Part shown: positions 1-9,056 of the stretch, in pieces
How the letters are laid out: the number at the start of each line of letters is the position of its first letter
How positions within the stretch are numbered: position 1 is the first letter of the stretch
Origin: Candidatus Nanopusillus sp.
Lineage (GTDB): Archaea > Nanobdellota > Nanobdellia > Nanobdellales > Nanobdellaceae
Length of the DNA stretch: 32,000 bases
Direction of reading: 5' to 3'
Assembly: GCA_046533775.1 (NCBI GenBank)
Contig: JAWDOO010000001.1
Span: forward strand, 60,001 to 92,000
Translations under genes and position numbers: made by a program
Notes under the pieces: generated by a model
Databases searched by the model: none
Seen by the model: only the letters and a program-made list of their open reading frames with translations
What the model was told of the DNA's origin: nothing

Positions 1-48
1 CTAAATTTTTTTCTATTTTCAATTAATTTCTTAGCAGCAAACAATCCA

Positions 49-321
49 TTAGCCATTCTTTAATATAGATATAACAGAAATTTTAAATGGCTTTTTCAAT
101 AGAAGACCTACTTCTTCATTTGAATAATTTAATATCTCTACTTCAAAATTTCCCAATTTCTGATAGTACTCTATATCTTTTTTTATATTTTCTGGAACGT
201 TTTTTGCTAAAAATATCTTTTCTACTTTCCCCCTTTTAATCATTTTCAAAGTTCTATTATACCCAATAATTATTTTTTTCTCATCAACAATTTTCTTTCT
301 TAAATCATCAAATGTTACCAT
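49..321 (-). CDS. rpl30e: 50S ribosomal protein L30e
   Basis: 90 aa, ATG start. The size and the central IIIGYNRTLKMIKRGKVEKIFLAKNVPE segment fit the L30e/L7Ae fold. It lies directly downstream of rpoA'', as in the conserved archaeal rpoH-rpoB-rpoA-rpl30e-nusA operon. Confidence 0.8.
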   Translation of the reverse strand: MVTFDDLRKKIVDEKKIIIGYNRTLKMIKRGKVEKIFLAKNVPENIKKDIEYYQKLGNFEVEILNYSNEEVGLLLKKPFKISVISILKNG

Positions 322-347
322 AAAATCTATCTATATAAAAAATATTT

Positions 348-1442
348 TTATTCTTTATCTTCCTTCTTATTTCCTACAAAATATATATCATATAAACCAG
401 TACCTAAATATATTGGTTGATTAATTATAACATTATCTATTCCACTTAATACTTTATCAGATTGTCCCATTATTGAAGATCTAACAAATATAGAAACTGG
501 AGTTTCAAATGCTGCCTTTGATAATGTGGATTCTTTTTCTGCATGTAGTCCATATCTATTTATACCTAAATATATTCCATACCATGTCAACATATCTGCT
601 ACTAACATAAAATGCCTTACATCTACACTAAGACCTTGTTGTTCATATAATTTAACTAATTCTTGTAATATTGCAGCTCTGGTAGCTTCTATTCCAAATA
701 CCCTTTCTATTTCTCTTAGATCATTTGTATATACTTTTGTATAATCTACCTCTGGTATTTTCATGACTTCCAATAAATTAGATCCAATGGTATATATTAC
801 ATATTCATTGTCTTCTTTATATATACTTACATCCTTAATTCCTTTTATTCCTTTTATTAATATTTTCTTTATCATTTCTTTAAGCAAATATAATTCTTTT
901 GCAGATAATTTAGGAGCAATTACATATATATTTTGCTTATCATTCTCAACCTTATACTTCTTTATTTTCTTTTTTATTATTCTAAATACTTCATCAAATG
1001 TTAATTCTTCTTTTTTCAATTTTTCCTTGTCTAAAATAATTATTATCTTATTTTCAAATACATCTATTGTTATTGATGATAATAAATCCTCTAATAATAA
1101 TTCCTTTATCTTTTTTGCAACATTTTGAGCTACATTTAAATCATTTTTATATTCATCCAATAACCTTATTATCATATATTTTCTTTTCATTTTCTTTTTT
1201 GCATCAGTTATCTCTGTAAGTCTGGGTAAACCTAAAGAAACCTGCTGAGCAGATATACCTACAAAGTGAAATGATTTTAATATCATCTGTGTTGTTGGTT
1301 CTGCAATTGATTGAGCAGCAACTATACCAACAGGTTCACCTGGATCTACTATAAATTTATATGAAAAATCTTCTACTATTTTTCTTAATTTTTCATCTTC
1401 TATTTTTTCCAGATCCTTTTTTATTTTTTCTGGTAGTTCCAT
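348..1442 (-). CDS. rpoA2: DNA-directed RNA polymerase subunit A'' (Rpo1C)
   Basis: 364 aa. Contains the conserved block DPGEPVGIVAAQSIAEPTTQMILKSFHFVG...LGLPRLTEI, typical of the C-terminal third of the largest RNAP subunit. Follows rpoA1. The ATG at 1442 overlaps the rpoA1 3' end by 50 nt. Confidence 0.95.
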   Translation of the reverse strand: MELPEKIKKDLEKIEDEKLRKIVEDFSYKFIVDPGEPVGIVAAQSIAEPTTQMILKSFHFVGISAQQVSLGLPRLTEITDAKKKMKRKYMIIRLLDEYKNDLNVAQNVAKKIKELLLEDLLSSITIDVFENKIIIILDKEKLKKEELTFDEVFRIIKKKIKKYKVENDKQNIYVIAPKLSAKELYLLKEMIKKILIKGIKGIKDVSIYKEDNEYVIYTIGSNLLEVMKIPEVDYTKVYTNDLREIERVFGIEATRAAILQELVKLYEQQGLSVDVRHFMLVADMLTWYGIYLGINRYGLHAEKESTLSKAAFETPVSIFVRSSIMGQSDKVLSGIDNVIINQPIYLGTGLYDIYFVGNKKEDKE

Positions 1443-4065
1443 TTTTATTATTTTCTACATAAGGTTTTAAAATTTGGGCCAGTAAATTTACGTCTAATTT
1501 TCCATTTATTGATTTATGTACTGCAACTCCATCCCCCCCATATATGAATTGTATAATCCTATTATATGCATCTCTAACAGTTAAATCATCATTTACATGA
1601 AGATCATATAAACTTAGTACCAATCTTCTATAGAAGTATCCAGATTGAGCAGTTCTTATTGCAGTATCCATTAAAGAGTCTCTACCAGGTAATGCATGGA
1701 AGAACATTTCCCATGGTTTTAATCCATCTCTAAAAGAACTTATTACCCAACCATGATATTTTGGATGGTATATATTTCTCTCAAATATTGATAAATTTCT
1801 TCCCCTATAACCAAAATCTATAAATCTTCCTCTAAATGCTTGAAATCCTAAAGATCCAGCCATTCTAACAGCATTTTGCCAATCACCTCTTGCACCAGTT
1901 ATAGACATAATATATGTACCTGTATCTTTTTTCATATATTTTCTAAGGACATCCTGTATTTTTGTAACACTTTCAGATATTGTCTGCATAGATTTTAATT
2001 CATATGTTTCCTGTAAACTTCTACCAGCAATTCTCTCAAGAGTACCTTCAGTATATTGTTTATATAAATCATCTACTGTTTTTTGTGTATCATCTATTAT
2101 CTTTCTTATTTCCTCTTTTGCCTCCTCTGGTAAATCAAAATCAGAAATGGACATTGTAATTCCCAAATTATATTGATAATATATTCCTAATAAACTATAT
2201 TTTTCTAATAAATCGGTTACATATTCTTTTCCATACATATTATATAATACAACAAATAATCTTCCCTTCTCTGCTTTTATTAAACTTGAATCCAAATATC
2301 CTCTAACAATCATTCCATTTTCTATCTTTATTTTATCATTTTCAAAATTAAAGTCATCTGGTAAGAATACTGAAGCAATTTCTTTTCCAGTTAAATAATC
2401 TCTTCCTTCTTCTTTTGCTTTTTTAATAATATTAGATAACTTATCTAAATCTTTATCATTAGCATTTGACATATATATTAACTGTACAGCTTGATTAATC
2501 GGCATTTTTACATCATCCTGTGTTATTAAATACAATCCTGTTATCATTTCTTGGATCATACCAACAATAAAATCTCCATATCTTGGAGTAATATAATTAT
2601 TTGATATTTCTGTTAAAAATTCTGCTTCTGCTCTTGCTTCCTCACTTCTTGGTAAGAATACATTCATCTCATCTCCATCAAAATCTGCATTATATGGTTT
2701 ACATATTATTGGATTTATCCTAAAGGTATTTCCAGGAAGTATTTTGGCATAATGACCCATCATTGATAATCTATGTAAAGAAGGATATCTTAATAATAAT
2801 ACAATATCTCCATCCATTAAATGTCTTTCAACAATCCATCCTGGTGCAATCATTGAAGCAAGTGTTTCTTTATTTTCTTCAGTAATTATCCTTTTTCTTC
2901 CATCTGGAGATATTACATAATTTGCACCAGGATATTTTTCAGGTCCGTTCAATATATATTCTTTCATTTTTTCAATATTCCATTCAGTAACCCTTTCAGG
3001 AACTGTCAATGTTTTTGCAACATATAATGGTATTCCAACCTCATTTGGTTTTATTTTTGTATCTGGAGTAATGACTGCTCTTGAACTATAATTTATCCTC
3101 TTTCCAAGCAAATATCTCCTAATTATCCCTTCCTTTCCGGAAATTCTTTCAACCAACGATTTTAATGGTTTTCCAGATCTCTGTTGAGCTTTAGGTACAT
3201 ATGGTAAAGTATTATTAAAATATGTAAATATGTGATATTGCAATAGATTATATATATCATCTACAATAACCTGTGGAGCTCCTGTTGTTATATCTTCTTT
3301 TAATCTTTGATTTGTTCTTACAATATCAACTAATTTGTGAGTTAAATCATCTTCTGCTCTTTCACCAGTTTCCAAAACTATTGAAGGTCTCATTGTTACT
3401 GGAGGTACTGGTAAAACCGTTAATATCATCCATTCTGGTCTAGAAAATGAAGGATCAAATCCAATTAATGGTAAATCTTCATTTGGTATTTTTTCAAATA
3501 TTGCTCTAATTTCAATGGGATACATTCTTCTTTCATTTTCCTTATCCTTAACATAAAAGTAAAATGGCTTTCTAAATTCGACTTTTGGATTTTCATATCC
3601 ACATACAGGACATTTTGATCTTTTTTTAGCTTTGGAATATACAAACTTGATTATAAATTTATATAATCTATTCCATCTTCTTGAATTTCTATATCTTTCT
3701 ATTTTATTTAATACAAATTCTCTTTCTTCTTTTGTTAATTTCACATGACCACAATTATGACAAACAGCATTTACTAATTCTTTAACAATTGGTAAAAATT
3801 CTGGATGTAATACTGGCCTTGCCAATTCAATATGACCAAAATGCCCCAAACATTTTCCCGCAGTTTTTCCACATGTTTCACATACATAACTTGGATCTAC
3901 TACTCCCAATCTTAAATCCATTAATCCACCCCTTATAGGAGTTCCATCTTCATCATATAACTCTGATACAATTATTTTTGCTGCAGACATTTTTCTTATT
4001 GCATCTGGACTTAATAAAGAATATTGAATTTCAGAAATTCTTTTGAAAAATATGTCGTTCATCAT
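1393..4065 (-). CDS. rpoA1: DNA-directed RNA polymerase subunit A' (Rpo1N)
   Basis: 890 aa. Has an N-terminal zinc motif (CETCGK...CLGHFGHIEL) and the catalytic NADFDGDEMN motif (here YNADFDGDEMNV). The start ATG shares one base with the rpoB1 stop at 4065. Confidence 0.96.
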   Translation of the reverse strand: MMNDIFFKRISEIQYSLLSPDAIRKMSAAKIIVSELYDEDGTPIRGGLMDLRLGVVDPSYVCETCGKTAGKCLGHFGHIELARPVLHPEFLPIVKELVNAVCHNCGHVKLTKEEREFVLNKIERYRNSRRWNRLYKFIIKFVYSKAKKRSKCPVCGYENPKVEFRKPFYFYVKDKENERRMYPIEIRAIFEKIPNEDLPLIGFDPSFSRPEWMILTVLPVPPVTMRPSIVLETGERAEDDLTHKLVDIVRTNQRLKEDITTGAPQVIVDDIYNLLQYHIFTYFNNTLPYVPKAQQRSGKPLKSLVERISGKEGIIRRYLLGKRINYSSRAVITPDTKIKPNEVGIPLYVAKTLTVPERVTEWNIEKMKEYILNGPEKYPGANYVISPDGRKRIITEENKETLASMIAPGWIVERHLMDGDIVLLLRYPSLHRLSMMGHYAKILPGNTFRINPIICKPYNADFDGDEMNVFLPRSEEARAEAEFLTEISNNYITPRYGDFIVGMIQEMITGLYLITQDDVKMPINQAVQLIYMSNANDKDLDKLSNIIKKAKEEGRDYLTGKEIASVFLPDDFNFENDKIKIENGMIVRGYLDSSLIKAEKGRLFVVLYNMYGKEYVTDLLEKYSLLGIYYQYNLGITMSISDFDLPEEAKEEIRKIIDDTQKTVDDLYKQYTEGTLERIAGRSLQETYELKSMQTISESVTKIQDVLRKYMKKDTGTYIMSITGARGDWQNAVRMAGSLGFQAFRGRFIDFGYRGRNLSIFERNIYHPKYHGWVISSFRDGLKPWEMFFHALPGRDSLMDTAIRTAQSGYFYRRLVLSLYDLHVNDDLTVRDAYNRIIQFIYGGDGVAVHKSINGKLDVNLLAQILKPYVENNKNGTTRKNKKGSGKNRR

Positions 4066-5867
4066 TAAAACTTATAATTTAATTTAAGTCTGGGCCAAAT
4101 TCCAAGAGAGATTAATTCATTTAATAATAAATAGAATGCATAAGAAACTTTAACTTTTGATATTTTTTCAGTTTCACCACAAATAGGACAATAAACTCTA
4201 TTTCTTATATTATCTTCAACAGCAAGGGAACCACATTTTTCACAAACATAAATAGTTGTATCATCGGAAGAATACATTTCTCTTAATAATATAGAAGCTC
4301 CATGAGCAGCAAGGACTTCATGTTCCATTTCACTAAATTTCAAACCACCTTTCTTTGATTTACCTTCTGTTGGCTGCCTTGTTAATAATGTAACAGGACC
4401 TGTTGCTCTTGCCTGTAATTTATTCTTTGCCATATATTTTAATCTTAAATAATAAATGCTTCCAATAAATATTTTAACCTTAAATTCATCTCCAGTTAAA
4501 GGATTATATAATGTTTCTGTTCCATCTTCTCTAAATCCTAAAGATAATAATTCTTTCCTTAATTCTTCCTCACTTTCTCCATACCATGGTGTTCCATCAA
4601 CATATCTTCCATTTAAACTTCCAACCTTTCCAGCAAGCAATTCTAATAATAAACCAAAAGTTTCTCTTGAAGGAATTCCAGCAGGAGAAAATATTATATC
4701 TGGAACAAGACCTGAAGATGACCATGGCATATCTGATGGATCAACAATCATTCCCAGAACACCTTTCTGTCCATGCCTTACAGAAAATTTATCTCCAAGT
4801 TCTGGAATCCTTAAGTCTCTTAATTTTATCCTAACAAGTAAATTTCCATCATCAGATTCTGTTATTATAACCCTATCTACCCATCCTTCCTCCCCACTAC
4901 CAGTAGTTAATGAAGAATCTTTCTTTCTTAAACCTGTTACAATAGATTCAGAAGTTAAACCAATAAATCTTGGAGGTGATACCCTACCAACAAGGACTTC
5001 TTCTGGTTTTACAAATGATTCGACAGCAACAATTCCATCCTCTTCTAAATTTTTATATTTATCCTTTCCTCTATATAATTCCACAGAAGGATCTGGAATT
5101 GTAATTTCATCTTGTAATCCTCCGGAGTATCTTAATCTTTCTATTTCATAAGATCTAAAATATACAGATCTAAATAAACCCCTATCTATTGAACCTTTAT
5201 TCATGATAATTGCATCCTCAATATTATATCCTTCTTGTGTCATTACAGCAACAATTACGTTTTGTCCTATTGCATAATCATCCTTAAATATATTAAAAGA
5301 AAATGTCCTAGTAATTGGATATTGTGGATAATATAAGATTGATATATCTGTATCAAATCTATTATGGAAGTTTAAAGCATATATTGCATGAGCCTGTCTT
5401 TGTGGCCTAACACCTCTATTTAATCTTGCAGATTGATTTCTATTTGAAAATGGAACCAAAGATGTAGCTATACTAAATATTACTAAAGAAGATAACTCTA
5501 AATGAGTTGTATTTTCTTTTATATCTTCGGGATATAATGCAACATTTAAATTTTCTTCTTCTGCAGGATCAACCCATTCAATTATACCTTCCTTTTCTAA
5601 ATCTGACCATTTTATTTCTCCTTTCTTTAATTTTTCAATATGTTCTTTTGTTAATAATGGTTTTCCATCTTTTACAACAATTAAAGGTCTTAAAATCCTT
5701 CCCTTTCTAGTTAATATTTCTACAACATTTCTTGTTTCATCAAAATGTATATTTACAAAATATGGAATAATACCTTTTCTTCTTTTTTCCTTAAATTCTT
5801 CAATAAATTTATTAGCATCATCTACATATCCAACAAAAATACCGTCTATATAAACCTCATATGCCAT
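4065..5867 (-). CDS. rpoB1: DNA-directed RNA polymerase subunit B' (Rpo2C, C-terminal half of split RpoB)
   Basis: 600 aa. Contains the conserved GDKFSVRHGQKGV block and a C-terminal zinc ribbon (CEKCGSLA...CPICG). The ATG lies 2 nt after the rpoB2 stop. Confidence 0.95.
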   Translation of the reverse strand: MAYEVYIDGIFVGYVDDANKFIEEFKEKRRKGIIPYFVNIHFDETRNVVEILTRKGRILRPLIVVKDGKPLLTKEHIEKLKKGEIKWSDLEKEGIIEWVDPAEEENLNVALYPEDIKENTTHLELSSLVIFSIATSLVPFSNRNQSARLNRGVRPQRQAHAIYALNFHNRFDTDISILYYPQYPITRTFSFNIFKDDYAIGQNVIVAVMTQEGYNIEDAIIMNKGSIDRGLFRSVYFRSYEIERLRYSGGLQDEITIPDPSVELYRGKDKYKNLEEDGIVAVESFVKPEEVLVGRVSPPRFIGLTSESIVTGLRKKDSSLTTGSGEEGWVDRVIITESDDGNLLVRIKLRDLRIPELGDKFSVRHGQKGVLGMIVDPSDMPWSSSGLVPDIIFSPAGIPSRETFGLLLELLAGKVGSLNGRYVDGTPWYGESEEELRKELLSLGFREDGTETLYNPLTGDEFKVKIFIGSIYYLRLKYMAKNKLQARATGPVTLLTRQPTEGKSKKGGLKFSEMEHEVLAAHGASILLREMYSSDDTTIYVCEKCGSLAVEDNIRNRVYCPICGETEKISKVKVSYAFYLLLNELISLGIWPRLKLNYKF

Positions 5868-5869
5868 TT

Positions 5870-7387
5870 TTATTTTTTATCTGAAATATTTTTAATTATT
5901 GGCCTCAATCCTATATCCTCTAACTTTCCAATCAATTCATTTTTATCAACTTCTTCAAAACTTATCTTTGCCAATATTGTTTTATTTTTTCTTAATCCAG
6001 TTTCATGGCCTTCCGGTGTTTCTATTAAATCCAATCTACCCCAATGAGTACCATGAGCCATTCTTGCTTCTAATAATTCAGCTTCACCAGATATTGAAGA
6101 AACAACCCTTGTTAAATGTGATAAAACAGAAATCTTATTTGTTCTATCTAGAGCCTGTGAAATTCCTGTTCTATTCCTTGTCCACTTTCCAATAGACATT
6201 ACATTTTCAAATCTTTCAGTAAATATTTTTGATCTAAATATAGATGTATATGAAGGTATCTTTCCCCTTTTTACTAACCTTTCATATTGATACATTGCAT
6301 CTGTCATTAATGTTCTTAAAGTAACTAAGAAATATTCTCTAATTAATTCTCCAGGTGTTCTAACTATTTTATTTGCAAAGTGATCTTTTATATCTTCATC
6401 AATTTTTTCATGAGCTAATAATAATAATTTCCTTGCCATCTTTAATAAATTATATGCTTTTAATAATCTATCATTCGGAGATGTTCCAATATTTGGTAAT
6501 AATAAATTATCCAATATTGATAATAATTTTTCTTTTTTAACTTCTGGAGATCCTGTTAATTTTAATTTATCAGCCAAATATCTTATTGCATCTTCAGAAG
6601 TTTTTATGTTTTGGAATTCTAATAAATTAATATATACTTCATCAAAATCTTCTCCTTCAGAAATTAATTGATTTATTTCAACATCCTTTTCTAAACCAAG
6701 AGCCCTTACCAAAGGTATTAATGGAACCCTTTTATATTTCTCAAATGATAAATATAATAAACCATCTTTTGTCATTTCCATTCTATGAGCCTTTAATTGA
6801 GTTAAAGATTCTGATAATAAATATCCACTATATTTTATAGAGCCAGATTCTCTTTGAACATAAAATTTATTTGTACTAAGTTCCTCAGATAATATAATTA
6901 ATTTTTCATTCCCATTAATAATAAAATATCCACCTCTATCTGTTGGATCTTCTCCAATTCTTATTAATTCTTCTTCAGACAATCCATAAGTATTGCAATA
7001 TTTTGATCTAACCATTATTGGCAATCTACCAATAGCTACCTGATATTTACTTTTAAATGTTTCATTTTCATATACAGAAAATTCCATAAATACTGTTCCA
7101 GCATATGTAAGTTTTCTAATCCTAGCTTCTATCGGATATATTAACCTAGAAACACCCTCCTTCTCCATAAAATCTGCTTTTCCCAACCACAATTTTTCTA
7201 TTTTAAATTGCAAATCCTTTAATCCTGGAGCTAATAATCTTGGAGAGAATGTTCCCAATTCTCTTCCAATCTTTGTCATTTCTACATCAACAAAATATTC
7301 AAACGATCTTAGTTGTACTCCTAAAAGATCATTTTCCTCCAAATATTTATAAAATAAGATATAATTATCTATATTATTATTAGCCAC
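5870..7387 (-). CDS. rpoB2: DNA-directed RNA polymerase subunit B'' (Rpo2N, N-terminal half of split RpoB)
   Basis: 505 aa. N-terminal RpoB-type blocks are present (GGYFIINGNEKLIILSEEL, HLTRVVS, AHGTHWGRLDLIETPEG). The start codon read from the sequence is GTG (reverse complement of 7385-7387), not ATG. Confidence 0.95.
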   Translation of the reverse strand: MANNNIDNYILFYKYLEENDLLGVQLRSFEYFVDVEMTKIGRELGTFSPRLLAPGLKDLQFKIEKLWLGKADFMEKEGVSRLIYPIEARIRKLTYAGTVFMEFSVYENETFKSKYQVAIGRLPIMVRSKYCNTYGLSEEELIRIGEDPTDRGGYFIINGNEKLIILSEELSTNKFYVQRESGSIKYSGYLLSESLTQLKAHRMEMTKDGLLYLSFEKYKRVPLIPLVRALGLEKDVEINQLISEGEDFDEVYINLLEFQNIKTSEDAIRYLADKLKLTGSPEVKKEKLLSILDNLLLPNIGTSPNDRLLKAYNLLKMARKLLLLAHEKIDEDIKDHFANKIVRTPGELIREYFLVTLRTLMTDAMYQYERLVKRGKIPSYTSIFRSKIFTERFENVMSIGKWTRNRTGISQALDRTNKISVLSHLTRVVSSISGEAELLEARMAHGTHWGRLDLIETPEGHETGLRKNKTILAKISFEEVDKNELIGKLEDIGLRPIIKNISDKK

Positions 7388-7419
7388 TTTTTATTTATTT
7401 ATATGATATCTTTATAAGC

Positions 7420-7734
7420 TTAATCCTCCACAACAACTCTATAATATATCTCTTCTCCAATCCATGGATTATTTCTTATAATCTTAACAATATCCCCTGG
7501 CTTAGCATTTAAATTCTTTAATGCTGGATCTGAGATTTTAATCTTTGGTAAATCTGATAAAGATACTTTATACTTTTCTAATAATTCTTTCTTTTCCTCT
7601 TCAGATAATATTATATGTTTTGGTACTAAATAATGTTTTGTTATATCAATTTCCGATAATTCTCTTAAACTTTTTTTAGGTTGATTAGCCTTAGAAGTTT
7701 TTTTAGATTTAGACTTTTTAGCAGATTTAGCCAT
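7420..7734 (-). CDS. rpoH: DNA-directed RNA polymerase subunit H (Rpo5) with Lys/Ser-rich N-terminal extension
   Basis: 104 aa. The C-terminal 75 aa ([40 protein letters not shown]...[23 protein letters not shown]) is the classic RpoH/Rpb5 C-domain. It is the first gene of the RNAP operon. Confidence 0.9.
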   Translation of the reverse strand: MAKSAKKSKSKKTSKANQPKKSLRELSEIDITKHYLVPKHIILSEEEKKELLEKYKVSLSDLPKIKISDPALKNLNAKPGDIVKIIRNNPWIGEEIYYRVVVED

Positions 7735-7784
7735 TTATTTATTTTTTATAAAAAACTTATAACTTTACCTCCTAGATATTAGGA
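7735..7784. promoter_or_regulatory. Divergent promoter region between rpoH and the ATP-grasp gene
   Basis: A 50-bp intergenic spacer holds the palindromic A/T box ttttttataaaaaa (about 7743-7756) and cttataac (7757-7764). These sit about 25-35 nt from the two divergent start codons, a spacing that fits archaeal TATA boxes driving leaderless or short-leader mRNAs. The genome is AT-rich, so specificity is weak. Confidence 0.3.
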
Positions 7785-8636
7785 ATGGGTAGAATAGCTA
7801 TATTCACAAAAACCAATTTAAAAGATTATAGAATAATAAAATTAAAAGAGGAAATAAAAAATTATAATAACATTAGCATTATTGATATAGAAAAAGAAAA
7901 TATATTTCCATATAATGAAAATATATTAAACTATGATTTATATTACTTTTTCGTTGGATCAAATTTTTTATCAGATATACACTTTCTAGCAAAATATCTT
8001 GAACAAAATGGAAAAAGAATAATAAATAAAATACACGTTAAGGAATCTATAATATCAAAAACCCTATTTTATAGTATTCTAAATAAATATATAAAAATTC
8101 CAGAATTTGTGAAAATATATTCAATAGATAATATAGAATATGTAATAAATAAAATAGGATTTCCAATGATAATAAAGCATCAATTTATTCATAGGGGAGA
8201 ATTTGTACATAAAATAGATAATGAAAAAGAATTATATGATTTTTTAGAAAAATATTTATTAGAAAAAAGAATAAACATAAAACATTTAATATTTCAAAAA
8301 TATATACCTTATGAGAAAGATATAAGGATAATTTTCATAGGAAAACCAATTGGTGCAATGGAAAGGATTAATAAAAATAGTTTTAAGGCAAATATCAGTC
8401 AAGGTGGATATGGAAAACAATATAACTTAGATCAAGATATAATAGATATTGGATATAAAATTATGGAAAAATGCGACTTACAGATATTTGCATTTGATCT
8501 ATTATTAAAAGATAATCAATATTATTTGATAGATTTACATCATATATTTCAATATGAGGGATTTGATAAATATTTAAATAAAAATATTACAAAAGAGATA
8601 TTAAATTACTTAAATGAAATTAGTAATAAAAGCTAA
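7785..8636 (+). CDS. ATP-grasp domain protein (RimK-like ligase family)
   Basis: 283 aa. The C-terminal half has the RimK/glutathione-synthetase-like ATP-grasp pattern: MIIKHQFIHRGEFVHKI, IFQKYIPYEKDIRIIFIGKPIGAMERI...FKANISQGGYG, and FAFDLLLKDNQYYLIDLH. The substrate is unknown. Confidence 0.6.
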   Translation: MGRIAIFTKTNLKDYRIIKLKEEIKNYNNISIIDIEKENIFPYNENILNYDLYYFFVGSNFLSDIHFLAKYLEQNGKRIINKIHVKESIISKTLFYSILNKYIKIPEFVKIYSIDNIEYVINKIGFPMIIKHQFIHRGEFVHKIDNEKELYDFLEKYLLEKRINIKHLIFQKYIPYEKDIRIIFIGKPIGAMERINKNSFKANISQGGYGKQYNLDQDIIDIGYKIMEKCDLQIFAFDLLLKDNQYYLIDLHHIFQYEGFDKYLNKNITKEILNYLNEISNKS

Positions 8637-9021
8637 AGGAAATAAATTAATAAAGGCAACGCATAAAAGTACTCTAGAAATTACTAAAGATAATTATTTA
8701 ACTGAAAAAGGAGATTGTATAATCGGTATAAATGCAAATTACTCTGTAAAAGATTTACCAGAAGATCTTAAAGATCATTTATTAAATGAAGGAAAGATAA
8801 AGATTGTAATTAAAGTTGATGATTTAATAGATAATATAATTGCATATGGTTCAAGAAATTTATTGTTAACAAATGATAGAAGTATTGTTATAAGAAAAAG
8901 CAATTATATTGATGATAGAACTTTGGCAATAAATTCAAATAAGAGTGCTATTGATATTGATAGAAGATTGATAGAAAGATTAAGGAATGAAAGGGATTTA
9001 GAATTTATAATATATTACTAA
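8614..9021 (+). CDS. DUF371-like archaeal protein
   Basis: 135 aa. ATHKSTLEITKDNYLTEKGDCIIGINA matches my recollection of the DUF371 signature (H-x-T-x-E-I-T-K...GDCIIGV). It overlaps the upstream ORF by 23 nt. Needs HMM confirmation. Confidence 0.5.
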   Translation: MKLVIKAKGNKLIKATHKSTLEITKDNYLTEKGDCIIGINANYSVKDLPEDLKDHLLNEGKIKIVIKVDDLIDNIIAYGSRNLLLTNDRSIVIRKSNYIDDRTLAINSNKSAIDIDRRLIERLRNERDLEFIIYY

Positions 9022-9025
9022 AATA

Positions 9026-9033
9026 TTTATAAA
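9026..9033 (+). promoter_or_regulatory. Candidate TATA box for the 9057-13397 transcription unit
   Basis: tttataaa is centred about 28 nt upstream of the ATG at 9057. The same octamer sits 26 nt upstream of the ATG at 31967, and similar A/T boxes precede other first-in-operon genes here. Confidence 0.35.
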
Positions 9034-9056
9034 GAATAAAATGTTTATCCTTAATT

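Noticed and set aside
1-44. Possible 5' end of the next operon gene (nusA expected after rpl30e) on the minus strand
   Set aside because: The only frame open to the window edge would need a TTG start (44-42) and reads LFAAKKLIENRKKF. That is too short and does not resemble a NusA N-terminus. It cannot be supported from 44 nt.
526-1128. Plus-strand ORFs 526-744 and 763-1128
   Set aside because: They are entirely antisense to the well-supported rpoA'' gene. The products are low-complexity Ser/Phe/Ile/Leu sequences typical of shadow frames in AT-rich DNA.
4456-6195. Plus-strand ORFs 4456-5151, 4586-4834, 5507-5710, 5745-6047 and 5899-6195
   Set aside because: They are antisense to rpoB' and rpoB'', have no motifs, and show shadow-frame composition.
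7768-7773. GGAGGT on the minus strand upstream of rpoH, as a Shine-Dalgarno site
   Set aside because: It lies about 34 nt from the ATG at 7734, far beyond functional SD spacing. It is more likely part of the divergent promoter spacer or a coincidence.
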